The notes under the pieces: generated by a model | Database searches by the model: none | What the model saw: only the letters and a program-made list of their open reading frames with translations | Told to the model about the DNA's origin: nothing | Shown: positions 40,930-54,000 of the stretch, piece by piece | How positions within the stretch are numbered: the first letter of the stretch is position 1 | How the letters are laid out: the number at the start of each line of letters is the position of its first letter | Program-made: the position numbers and the translations under genes | Assembly (NCBI RefSeq): GCF_000150275.1 | Contig: NW_002060956.1 | Span: forward strand, 1,548,280 to 1,612,279 | DNA: 64,000 nucleotides | Source of the DNA: Trichoplax adhaerens | Lineage: Eukaryota; Animalia; Placozoa | Direction of reading: 5' to 3'

Positions 40930-41200
40930 TATTCTTCTCTCGCGATACTCTTGCATATCAGTAATGTTAGTGTTTCGTTCGTTGTTGGTTTACTTAACGA
41001 TTTACAGCTTGCAAAACATGTACTCGTGCAGTAAAAGTAAAAAGGGGAAATTCCTTTACCTCTATACCTGTACTCTACTCCTTTTCTCGATAGCCAATCG
41101 ATACTGTTACAGTATATCATCGGTTTAGTGGATGCTATTGTTCGCTTTTAGTTTACTTAACGGTTTACTGCTTGCAAAAGTGATAATATATCGCGTACAG
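40930..41200. repeat. Degenerate direct repeat, period ~163 bp
   Basis: gtttacttaacgatttacagcttgcaaaa (40988) vs gtttacttaacggtttactgcttgcaaaa (41151), with partly similar flanks. Confidence 0.75.
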
Positions 41201-41899
41201 CACCAAATGGTTTGAGCTTTACAATAGGCAGGTTGCCCATTCGAATATACGCTTTGTATTATTCAAATTTCAATCCATGACATCAGCATGTTGCTAACGC
41301 TAACCTCTAGAAAGTTCAGCATGATGCACTAGAAAAAAAGAACAACCAAGTTAATCATAACGGAATGCGATTCAAGTTTGAAAATTGATTTAGAATAGTA
41401 TCTTGCTAGACATTAATCCAGCATTTTCCTGTTGCCGACAGGATTCAACAACAATATTATTGAATTAAGAAAAATGGCTCGGATGTAATATACCAATCGA
41501 CTTGTATTGTACAATATGCAACAAATGAACTACCAATAGGATCATTTGTGGATAGACATTGGACATTACGGTCCTGCTAAAATAAATAAATAAAATAATA
41601 TCGCTAATTTATTATTTTCTCCTATTGTACAACAGCAAAGCCTGATACGGTATACAAGCACGCATACTGCATTCACTATGATATCAAGTTCACAATGCAA
41701 CCTTCTAAATTCATCATGTCCAATTACTAATCCTGCAGCATTACGTAAAAGTAAACATACGAGTACAATACTTACCCTAGCACTATTCAGAATAACAAGA
41801 AAGTACTTGACCGTCTTAGTAATCCAAGTCGCAATGGTAATGTCTATTGTCGCTTTTACTGCATGGTTAACGTCTGCCTGAGTTTACGCAGCAAGTACT

Positions 41900-42770
41900 G
41901 TGATAGTATAGTAACAACAACAACAAAAAAAAATACTATCCATGGCTATTAAGTGCTTTTAGAAAGAGATAAAGATGAGCACTTAACGAACACTGGTTAA
42001 AAATCTCTTTAAATCGATTCGCACTGTACTACTAAATCTGTGCGAAATGAGCTGTCACCCTTTGACATATACAGTAGTATCATTTCAGTGGATAGTTGGC
42101 GTCTATCTGAGTTTATATAATAAGTACAGTACCATGATAGAGAGCTGTAGTGCAGTAACAACAACATCAACAGAGATATTATTCATGGCTATCAAGTACT
42201 TTTGTAAAAGAGATGAAAATGAAATGAGTACTTCACAGACAGTGTTTAAAAGTCTCTTTAAATCGACTCGCACTTTGTGACTCAGCTAGTCCATGCTTCA
42301 TTGTACAGTATACAGTAGTACAGCACAAAACTGTGCAAAATGGACTATCACCTCTTTGATGTCTTCTTACTCAACATGTAAAAAGCGCAATTGCAACACG
42401 AGATAAAGGGGATGATAATTCATTTGACGCTTTATGCTATTGCACACACTATTGCACGGTAAAATTGTACATTACCTGCGGTGTTGCAACTATAAACGAT
42501 GAAGATGAGCACTTAATGGACAATGTTTAAAAGTCGCATTAAATCGATTCATATTATACTGCTCGACTGGTCCGATTACTTTATTGTACAGCACCAAACA
42601 GACTGTCACCCCTTTACGTCTTCTTGTATAATAGGCGGAAAGGTGCAATTAATGCGAGATGAAGGTGATGATAATTTATATGACGATCTATACTGTTGTA
42701 CATATTATTGCAAGGTAGAAATTCTATATTACCAGCGGTGTTTTAGCTATAAACGAAGTACATCGTATTA
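41900..42770. repeat. Three diverged, partly truncated tandem copies of a ~280-bp non-coding unit
   Basis: Shared blocks atgag(c/t)actt and ttaaatcga(t/c)tc, followed by ctgtcaccc/ctatcacc, occur in all three copies. gatgataatt...attacc(t/a)gcggtgtt...ctataaacga is shared by copies 2 and 3. Confidence 0.85.
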
Positions 42771-45048
42771 GAAAATCTGAACCTCTAGTATCAATTTGCA
42801 AACGGTTTAACCATAGTACCGTAAAGAGTAATACCATGGACTTCTAGATGTGGTTTACTACATGCCTAGAAGTACTCTATATCTAGAGTAGTGTTATTCC
42901 ATGGTAATAGATACAAGTTGAGTTTCGTAAATGATCATCATAGTCAGGAACTGTTCAACATGATTTTATATCTCAAGCTAGGCTATTGAAATCAGCCTGT
43001 ACTTGGTACTGATTATATTTCAACATCCAACTACGGAAGATGATTACGTTATTCCGCTCGTAACACCGATTTAGTATCAGTAAAATCATAACCTCACTTG
43101 TTTGATGAAAGATTTTTATTTATCTTACAGTATTTTATTGATATCCACTGCAGTTGTAAGTCAGTAAAAGTGCTGCATCCATTGATAGTTGGCAATGCTT
43201 GTAGGTGTATAAAGTATGGACATGCAACTACAATGCCTGTCTGGTTTCAAGTTTCTACTTTTAGCCCACTATTCTTTATACTCTACCCGTGTCGTCTTGG
43301 CTACACTTGGCTAAAAGTGAAGATAGTTCCACCACGTTTATAGCAACAGAGCTATTATGTACGGTGCTGTTTAAAATGATTATCGAGCAATTAATACTCA
43401 TTTTCATCTTTAATTAATAAAGCAAAACATTATAATCTGTCTTTATCTAACATTACATAAAGCTACAAATCAATGTTATATTAACAATATTAGTACCATA
43501 GAGTCTACAGCATACGAATATCTTTCAATTAATGAGCACTAGTGAAACTATAATAGACGATAGTTACCAAGATTAGTAAGGTATGCACGCTATTCAGTGT
43601 CTAAATAAGAAGAAAATAATTCACGCAGAGAAAATCAAGCCAATATCAGCACGAAAATGCAGACATAAATAGAGGTATTTGTACAAACAGATGATATGGT
43701 TTGCAAGGCTACAATTAAAAATTTGTTCTGCAGGCATTAGCACTTGTGTAGTATAGTTATAGTTATCGATGCATCCTATTTATTCCCGAAATAGTCAATT
43801 AGAACTCTAGATCAACGCAAGTATAATATAAACATATATACACGCGCATGTATATATACGTACGTATATGTACAATGTGTGCTATAGACCAATAGCATTA
43901 TTAATGGAAAAATTAAAATAATATAAGTGCCCTCAATTGGCATATTGCAAACTTGAAATTTAATCTACTAGGTTAAAAAAGAGCAACAATAACATAGCCA
44001 TGGTAATTATGTATCAGAATATATATATATATTACTAGATGTAGGAACAGGACAGATAATGTGAATCTGCTGTTCCAACAATGCTAGATTATAAAAATAT
44101 TTGCTAAAATTTATTTTCATAATATATTATGCAGTTACTATCCCCAGTGTGATATTATGCTACCTCTATCTACATAAGCTATATGACAAAACTTCTTAAA
44201 ACAGCTATAGAGTGAAAAAGCATAAGCAGTAACATAACCCCTTACTTGAAAACATCAGATGACTCTAAGATAATTTTAAATACCTCGCGTTATATATAAA
44301 ATTTTACTTTCAGATATCATATAACTGTAAAAAGTACTACTTAAGATCTGTCATATCGTATTTTCCAAGCTTTCTATTGATGTAGTAATTAAAATTATAA
44401 TCGCGGTCTGCTTGATTAAATTGGTAAATACAGTAAAAAATATGTATTATTCCTTTTCGTCGTTAAACTAATCATTAGCAAATATTGCAGAATTTTCTGC
44501 TTATAGCATAAGAGATTCAAGCTAATAGTAGCCAATCATCCTTTACTTGAAAATGGAGAATTATTTTTAGCTTATATCACATAGTTCCCAGTTGCAAGCA
44601 TTCCAAGAACTCGATTGACAGTAAATAAAACTTATCATCCTTAATTTTTTAATCGATATAATTTGTCTTAATTCTTTTTACACATCATTAAGTAGATTGG
44701 TCCGGTCGATTATTATTCTTGGACATGATATTTACTGTTGTATGAACGATGCTGATATAAGTTTTCTACATCACTCTATTATCTTACGAATAGCGTCTTG
44801 AAACTTTACAATCTCGGAACCTAGCAATGGCAACCAAATACCGTTAAAGTTTACATGTTACCCTTAATCTGCCTATAATTTAAATTATATTTATTATATT
44901 GGAGACAAATTGATATATCAATTAGCCTATTCTAGATAAATAGTAGATAGCAAGAAGTATTAACTGCAAAGGAATGGCTATCCTAATTTGCGTTTCGTGG
45001 ACGACACTAATAATTAAATAAATAAATGATGTATTATACCTTGCCTCT

Positions 45049-48000
45049 TTAAAAATGGTCAATGTGGATGCTAATAAATTCTTTATGGATCTGATAATTT
45101 TCATTATCATCTTTATGTCGCTTTTCTGTACCTTGCACCAACATTAAATTACTCCATTGGCTAACACCACCTTTAATTAAAGTATAAATAAACAGTAACA
45201 CAACAGTAAATATTTTTGCTGCAAAGTTTTGACAATCTTATGAAATTTTAAGTAAGATAAACGCTGCATCTATTCTATTCTGCGAGAACACAGCTTAAGA
45301 TAATTACCTTCTGTATCATCGCTAGTTTTTAATGTAAAAGAAAAATCATTGCCGTTTGGAGCAGCAATAGCATGAGGTACGCGAACTTCTACTGACTTCA
45401 TGAATTCAATACCACTAGGGCCACACATAACTAAAGGACTCAGTAGCTGTTCGCCTTTGCCTTTATCAACTGGTGATGGAGAATCACGCTGATCTTGATA
45501 GACCTTAAAATAGAGATCTTGCTCTACACCTTCAGGAATAGCACCAGGTGGTATAATAATACGAACATCAGAGCTGGCACATGATAACGTTCCGCCAGCT
45601 GAAGTAAATACTCCATGTGCTGTTGCTAGAACAGTTTCATCGTCGGTAAAAAATTCACTGAAATGAAATATTTGAGTAGATAGTCAGATACAGCAATTCT
45701 ACACTCGCTAATTTATGCTAATGATTCCATTGTCGTCCACTTTTGCATGCTATTTCGTGTCGACGAATAATGTTTTTATATAATAGCAGGAATATTGCTA
45801 CTTTATGTACTTGGTGACAGAATTACAGAGGCCATGATCAAATATGCTGTATCGCATTTGTAGCACTCCATATTTTGTACTATGTAATAAATTAAGGGAA
45901 GCGTAACAACTTTTTTGCGATTATTAAGTAGACTGAGAAATAAGATGCGATAAAGAATATCTTACTATTTACACCTTTGAATAGTTTAAGGTTAGTAGGA
46001 TTTCGATTATGAGTGGGTAAAACCATTTCGACTATCATAATTTACATAATACTACTGTAAAACTGCTGATTAATTGCTATCAAGAAACACGTTTCAGTTT
46101 GTATGACCGATAAAATACTAAATATTTTAAATTATTACAAGCATAGCAAAGTACACACATATAGACTATATGATCTATTTAAAGAATATACAGTACTATA
46201 TCTACGTATGCGATTAGTAATGATAGTAAAGTATTATAGGAACTCTAGACGTAGTGATTACGTAAAATATCATGAATATATTTCCAATTTATGATATAAT
46301 AACTGCAATGCACTGTAAATTACCCGTTTCCAGCAAATTTACAAAGCAATTATTTATAAACATTGGAGTAGACATTATATAGTCTCGAACCTCGACATAT
46401 AAGATGAACTTGCCATGCTACTATCGATGCCATTCTCGCTATTCTTCCTAATAAAACTTTCACACTGTTCATCGGTTGAATAGCCATCTGCAGTGATAAA
46501 AGACATTTCATCAGCAGTCCTATAAGAAGTAACAGTACTTAATGAATCTGCATGAGATCTTGTAGCATCAGCAGGGTCATTCATTTCTTGCGTATTCTTT
46601 ATTTTCTTTTCCATACTATTATGTAAGTAATTATTATCCAATCTTGATAGATATCTATTATTATCATGCTTGTTAAGCTGATAAATATCATTGCTATGTT
46701 GGATAAGCCCATTAATAGATGTATCACTATGATCGTAAAATTTTAAAGGTGTTCTGTCATTATCCTCTTCCATTGAGTGATCTGACATTTCATCAGGTGT
46801 TAAAGTAGAATGATCACTTGCATCGCTTTCAGCATCATAATTTAAGTCATCGACGTCAGCAATGCTAGAAAGATCTACTATTGATTCAACTGCTGCACTT
46901 TCGTCTTCATTATCATCTGGTATGTTTTCATCATCATAATGTATCGATTTAATAGTTTCATTGTCTGGACTAGCGTAGCTTTCCTCGTAAGTTTCCTCGA
47001 CAATATCGCTTGTTGTCTCTTGCAAATGATGATCGCTATCTTTAGAATCGAAATCTAATGGTTGATCATCGTTATCTGAACTAACATTTTCTTCTATCAT
47101 TTCCTCATATTGAGGAACCGAATGCTCGTCTTCTAATTCTGCTACCTCTATGTTTTCATCATATAGATGAGAATAACCATTTTCTGCCTGGTGGGGCTGT
47201 TGACTTGGTAATGCATTACTTGAGGTATCTTCCATAGATCTTTCAATCATCGCTTGTGGATCATCAGATACCACTTGCATATCTTCTTGAGTAACCCGGT
47301 CATCATTAGATTCCCTTTCCTTGGTGTGATCATCGTCAGAAGTTTCAGGAGAAGAACTTAAGCTTCTAGTATCGATTGATGGTTCATTCTTAATAGCCGA
47401 GTTCTGATTATGAAGGTTCCTTTTACTCTCTAATTCTTCATTATTGAATTTCGGCTCGACTTTGTCATGAAAAGAGTCCATATTTTCTTGATTTCTTGTT
47501 TCTTGAATTTTATCTCCCGGACTGTGCTCGGATGGTTTTGGGGCAACAAGTTTATTAGCACCATCATCAATATCGCGTTCTGACATATTAGGTACCTCTG
47601 TTTTTAGATTTTCATTACCATTTGGTGGATTTTTCTCATCCTCTGTTGGTGGATTGTTGAGAGGCAATGATGCACTACTCGAATTTTGAGTAGGACCATT
47701 TAGTTTTCTTCTCCCAGTTGATATAACTACTCCGCGTTTACCAGATTGAATATCTTGCTTGGTACGTCGAAATGCCGTTGCGGTTATTGTAACCTTATTT
47801 GTTGCATTGACCTGACCTTTTCCTTCAGGAAATAGCTTTTGTCTTGAATTAGATCTTGCGTAACCAAATGTGCCCTTGGAAGGAATCTGCTGAGGTTTCG
47901 TACCATCAGCAACATCTTGGCGCTTATTGTTGGTGTTCCTAGGAGAATCGCTCGATCTTCTACTATGTAATATATCAGGAAATTTATCATTAGAAGGTGT

Positions 48001-51000
48001 TTGACTCGACAATTTTCCTTCGTTTGATGATGGAATATTTGATTTTTCTTCACTAAGAGATGGATTAGCAGATTTTTCCTTGATTAATAATTTACCGCTT
48101 GGTTTTTCCTGACTTGATGATTGCTCGCTTGGCTTTACTTTAGTTTCGTCTACAGCTGGTTTTTCTTTAAGTAATGGCTCATTATTTGACATACTTTTAT
48201 TGGGTAAGTCATTAGATGAAGTTTTAGGGTCTTGATCACGCTGAGGGACAAGATCTGATTCATGAACAGTAAAGATATCTTCTGGTCTGATATGACTAGG
48301 TAAGATATCAACTGAAATTGCTTCTGCTTCAGCAATGGCACTTGTTTTCTTTACCCTTTCGTGGACTATTGGATGAGGTTCAATGGGATGACTATCATGA
48401 TCGGTAGGAGTTTGGACTGACTTGGATGGAATAGTTTCACTCATTGGGCTGTTTGGATTGGAATTTTCGCTACCCCATCCTAGACTTGCAGATAATCCTC
48501 GTTTCCTCGATTGTTGCCGACTATCACGCTTTCTAGGCCACTTTTCTAAATTAATTGCTTGCGGTTTACGAAGTGAAACCTCGTTTTCCTTCTCTTTAGC
48601 TTTGTCTTCATTTTTATCCGTATCAAATACTTCAGGATAAGCTCTTTCAGGAAGATTAGGATTCCCTGGATTCAAATTACCATCTTCATCTTTTTTTATT
48701 TCCAAGCCTTTCATATTTTGTTCTGATATTGATCTGGGGACAAATCTATTTATATCTTCGTCTAAGCTTTTACTAGATAATGAATGTGTGCGTCGTAGGT
48801 TTGGAATGGATTGATTCGCCGACAGTTGCGATAATGTTCTCAACTTTTGACGTAGGAGTAATAATTCGTCATCGTTCTCAGCTGCCTAAAGATCAATAAA
48901 TCACATTAGGGATAGTTGAAAGAGGTTACGCCATTCTATAAATTGGAAATCATTTATTGACGGTTAACGCTAAGTTCTAATTTACCATTATTATCGAATG
49001 ATCAACTATCTTATGCTCTATCTATGACTTACTTGATCTTCAAGCATCCAAATAGGTTCGAATTGCTGCTTAGTAATTGAATTCTTGACAGCCATTAACC
49101 ATGAATTACCAAGGTACATCATAATTTCATCTAGAAATGAGGGTTAAGGTGTTATTTGACCAGAGCAACGATATTACACTATTTATCTATGAAGATTATC
49201 GCATGCATGGATGATCTAGTTGTAGGAACTTTATTGGATAAACGTAAAGTCTAAGAATGAAAATAGGTATATCATCGCAAGGTGTACCTGTAAACAAATG
49301 CTTATTTTCTTGCTGTTCTAAAAGCATTTTTTCATAAAGTTTCCTGGATTGTTTTGCTGCATGTTCATTAGAATAGCCTTTGAAGTCAATCATTAAGTCC
49401 CTAATCATGAAAATGCAATAGTTAAATCCCAATGGCAATCTTGGAAAATTTCAATTATAGTAATCGTTTTATAAAGCAATGGAAAAGTTTCACTGCTTAA
49501 TAACTTCATCAGGCATAATTTAAATTACTAGTATATTCAGCACAAAATAGATCCATGTTAATATAGCTTCTTCAATAAGGCTAATCTTGGTAAACTACAA
49601 CATCTTTACTAACCTGAGAACATATCTCGAATGAGGATAGGTGTAAATGACGATAGGATACAAGTGGGCACATGTCAGCTTATAAAGCGATGACATTTCC
49701 ACTTCAAAAATACAATGTTTATTCTATAATATTAAAGGAATATAATTTTTGATCCATGTTTTATGTTCAGCTTATGACATTGAATAATTGCATTTCAGGA
49801 ATGATAAAAAAATGTGGAAAATGACGAATAATGCAGCTTCTAATTTCTATGAGAAGATACTAGATATAAATCAACTTTCAAAGATAAGTATTGCAAGTTT
49901 AAATTTACCTTTTTGGTAACATTTTTAATATCGCTGATTCGAATACCCTTCTTATCCGTAATAACTGTATCAAAATCAATAATTTATTGCAAGCCATAAT
50001 GATAGTTGAGAGATTTTTGATTATCGATATTTAATAAAAGTTACTTAAACTACAGTAGATATCTTTAGGGAAGCCGAAAATTCTGTACTACAGTCAAGTT
50101 ATACCTGGAGGTTCAAATTTTTCTGGTGTATCTTCCAATAATTTTTTCAGAACTACATCGGCAATAGGTCCAAGGATGACCACGGGTCGAACAAAATTGG
50201 CTATAAATGCAGTTAAAATTAAGGAATATCTATTAGTAAAATTACGTACTATAACTGATGTTTGTTGTTAGCATCTCCTATCTGTCAGCACAAAGGATAT
50301 TATACTAAGAAAGCAGCATAAATGAATGCATTGCTATTACTCATGATGGTCAGTGATGAATATGGTTATTATAACGTATTTTTATATATTGAGGATATTC
50401 TGCTAGTGTGAAGCCGTACACTAATGCACGATTTTTAATTATGTGATCTAGGTAAATTTAAAGTATCCCAATGAGTAGGATCAATGTTAGATAGTACAAC
50501 AAATCATAAATAAAATTAAAAGATTATTCTACTGATATTGATTTTTTGCTTACCTTCACGAAGGAGAACTTTATCATATGCGGGAACGTCAATTAAACTG
50601 TTACCTAATATATCAATTAACTCGTTAGATGGAAGCAGTTCTAATAGACAGTGATTAATCTATTCAATACTTATATTTCACTCTTTCCTGTGCTAGAATT
50701 TTGCAATTGTACTAAGAATTGGGGATATACATGATGAGATTCTTACCTTCATGTAATTTCTTTTCTGCTGATGGCATACTGACTTGGACAGTATGCCGTC
50801 TTAATCTATCGACCTTCTTCTTAATTCTTTTTTTAATGACACTTCCAGCAGTTCTTTGTGCTGTTCTCACCTTCTGCTGTCCTTGGGATAAGGCAATTTG
50901 TTCGCCTCTAATTATTGTAATCATTTCATGATAACATAATATATTAAACAAGGTTAGTTTAGTAGCATTTTGGATATTATTAAATTGGAAAATTTAAAAC

Positions 51001-54000
51001 CATTTCCCTTTGCATCAATAAAAATTACTATTTAGTTTACAGTAAGACTTATATTCTAAGATAGAGTATTATTCTGCGCTTCTACTTAAATGACGTATAT
51101 ATTTTCCTAAATAGATTATGGATTGCATTGTCTAAGGAAGACTCTTCGTTATTAAAATAGTGGCACTGAATCAAAATCTCGTGAACTGGAATACGATAAC
51201 GAGAATATAATCCAGAAAAAGCTTTGATATGTTTAGTAAGATCCTGGTAGAACTGGCAAGAAACAAACTGTTACATGACTAGTAATGGTTAATTCTATTC
51301 TAACAACAAGTATTACGGTTTTGATTGCAAAATAGTATCATTCGTCGATCTTTTCAACAGATATTAATCATAACTGATAGCTTTTTGACAACTTATGGCG
51401 ATATTAACTAAAGATAATTACTTATTAATAATCATGGCGTACCTTGCTTGATTAGGAATAATGCCGTAGTCTTTTTCCACGCCACGGCAATCTACTCGTT
51501 GAGCTTGCCATGATCCGATCACTCCGTTATACATGGTATCACGAACATGGAATATCTCTCCTTTTTTAAAAGTAAGCTCATTTAGAGCTATCCCATCGTA
51601 GTCGAAATTGCATCTAAGGTATATAGAAACCAAGTATTACTTAATAATTTACTGTTTTCGTAATATTTAACGGTCAACTTAATAGTTGTTTAGAAAGAAA
51701 AATTCAATTTACGATACGCAAAATTTTCTATTTAAGCGACATCTATACCTTATGTAAAATGAGTCCCCTGGCGAATCTCTAATTTCCGTGTAACCTATTT
51801 TTAGATTGACAAAGCTTAAGATTAACACAGTAATCATACTGAGATGATAGATTATGCGATTTATTATATATTCCAGCACAACTGTAGCTCAACTAACGTC
51901 TTGGTTTATGCTTCGCAAGTAATGAAATTCCTGAGCCAAGATCTAGCAGTACAAGAACAGCTTCTTCTCGGGTTAATTTTTTTAGCTCGATACCATTTGC
52001 CTACAATAATGAAAATATTTGCAGGAAAGTTGAAGACCTGGGGATTTAGATTATCGAACAGATCAAGAACTGCATCTATTCATCTACAACTAAAGCGGAG
52101 AAATTTACAAACATGGACTCGCATCTCAAAGTGTTCTCAAACATTACTATTTAGAAGGAACTAGGATCTCGATATACTCTTGTAAAATTGCAACGCGCAT
52201 TAGAATGTACTCGCATCTCAAAATACTCTTTCAAAATAAGACTTGGAATGAATATATTAAATATCGAAAGCTAATCCTAGCTTAATCAAAATTGTTTTTG
52301 GTATGATGATTTGAGCTAATGATGGAATTAACCTGTATAATTTCATCGCCAGCTTTTAACCCATTTATTTCGGCCGGACTATCTTTTTTGACGGAAGCAA
52401 CAAATATTCCAACATCGTTGCCGCCAGCAATTTGAATACATAGATTGGTTTCTTTACGGAATTTGATTAATCTTGATGTCGCATTCCTAGTGAATTTTTA
52501 AAATGGCGTCAAAAATTTATTTTTGGGTCACCGATTATTACAGTAGTTCTCAATGAGGATAGACAGCCTGCAACTTACTCATCATCCGACGAGCATCGAC
52601 TTTTCGCCTTGTCTTCAGCATTGCTTTTCTTGGGTGTTGAATCAACTACTTCAGGCAAAGGCATTGGACTTAATTGTGTACTGGTAGGTGTAGCAGTATT
52701 ACTGCGAGGAGAAACTTGCAATGGCTGAGAATTCGTTTCAGCTAATTCTTGCTGTCTTGATGATGAAGGAGCTTCATCGAAAGAAGTATTAGTATTAATA
52801 TCTTGATTTGTTCCTTGTTTTGTGTTCCCTAGTGAAAGTTGCAGTTTGGATTTATGTCTGCTTGGCCTCTCTGATTCCCTTTTTTTATTAATAAGTTGTA
52901 CAGGCGGTGACGAATAGGTTGTATTCCTTGAAATCGATTGGATTTCGGTGCTTGATTTTGCTTCTCTACTAGTATGACTTATTACATTTAATCCTAGAAT
53001 AAAATTCATTAGTTCTCAATTAATTCGGACATTGAGTACACAGAGTTTCCATTTCATGCGTGCGGCTACCAATATCGACATGGACGTGGATATGAATGAG
53101 TAATAGCATACTGGAGTGCATTTACAATTACAGTACTTACCACCTGGAGACGATTTGCTTGGAATTATTGCCGATGATGTTTTAATTGGATTTTTCTCAC
53201 TTCGAGAAGGATGACTGGCTATGACTAATTCCACACTATCGCTTTGGCTCATTAAATTTTCTAATACTGCGATCGACATGTTTTCCACCTTAGTTCCATT
53301 TATCTGAAATATTGAAGATGATTAGAACAAGAGATGCACATGAAGCCGAAATAGGAGTAATATCATACTTTAAGGTAGTGATTGGCCGTTATGCTTAACT
53401 GTGATATATTAGTAGAGCAGCATGTAATTTTATCCACAAAAGTAGCAAAGTAGTTGAAGAATGATTAATCTAATTTAATGATCGAACCTCTTGAATGATA
53501 TCGCCTTCATTAATGCGAGCATCTGATGCAGGACCACCTATTGTAACTCGTCTAGCTACAACTTGGGAACATAATTTCAATCCAAATCCTAAAGTGTCAC
53601 AGCGATATTAAAAAATTTTCAGTAAAACTCCTTTGATGATCATAATTCGACAAATAATATGGACTATGCTTTAGGACGTACCAATAGTCTTTTTGTGATA
53701 TTACTTACCAGATAATCGAGGATCAATGCTTCGAAATATTCTAACTTTCCTACCAGTTAATGAATTTAAAGCTACAAGTTCCTTTTTTCTTTTAAGCAGC
53801 TAGTCATAAGTAAGTAGAAGTTAATGTTACTTTGCTATATTTGGTTTTTACTATATCATCAAATCGACTCTATTTTAAAGGGAAAAAGTTAACAATCATT
53901 CATCACTTGTTTCTCTTACTATATCTACTCTTTGGCCAGTTTCTTTTAATGTTTTTACGGCAAAAGCATGAGTAACATTAGCTAAAGATACATGGTTTAC

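Noticed and set aside
47784-48640. Nested ORFs within the large ZO exon
   Set aside because: Alternative-frame or antisense by-products of a long coding exon.
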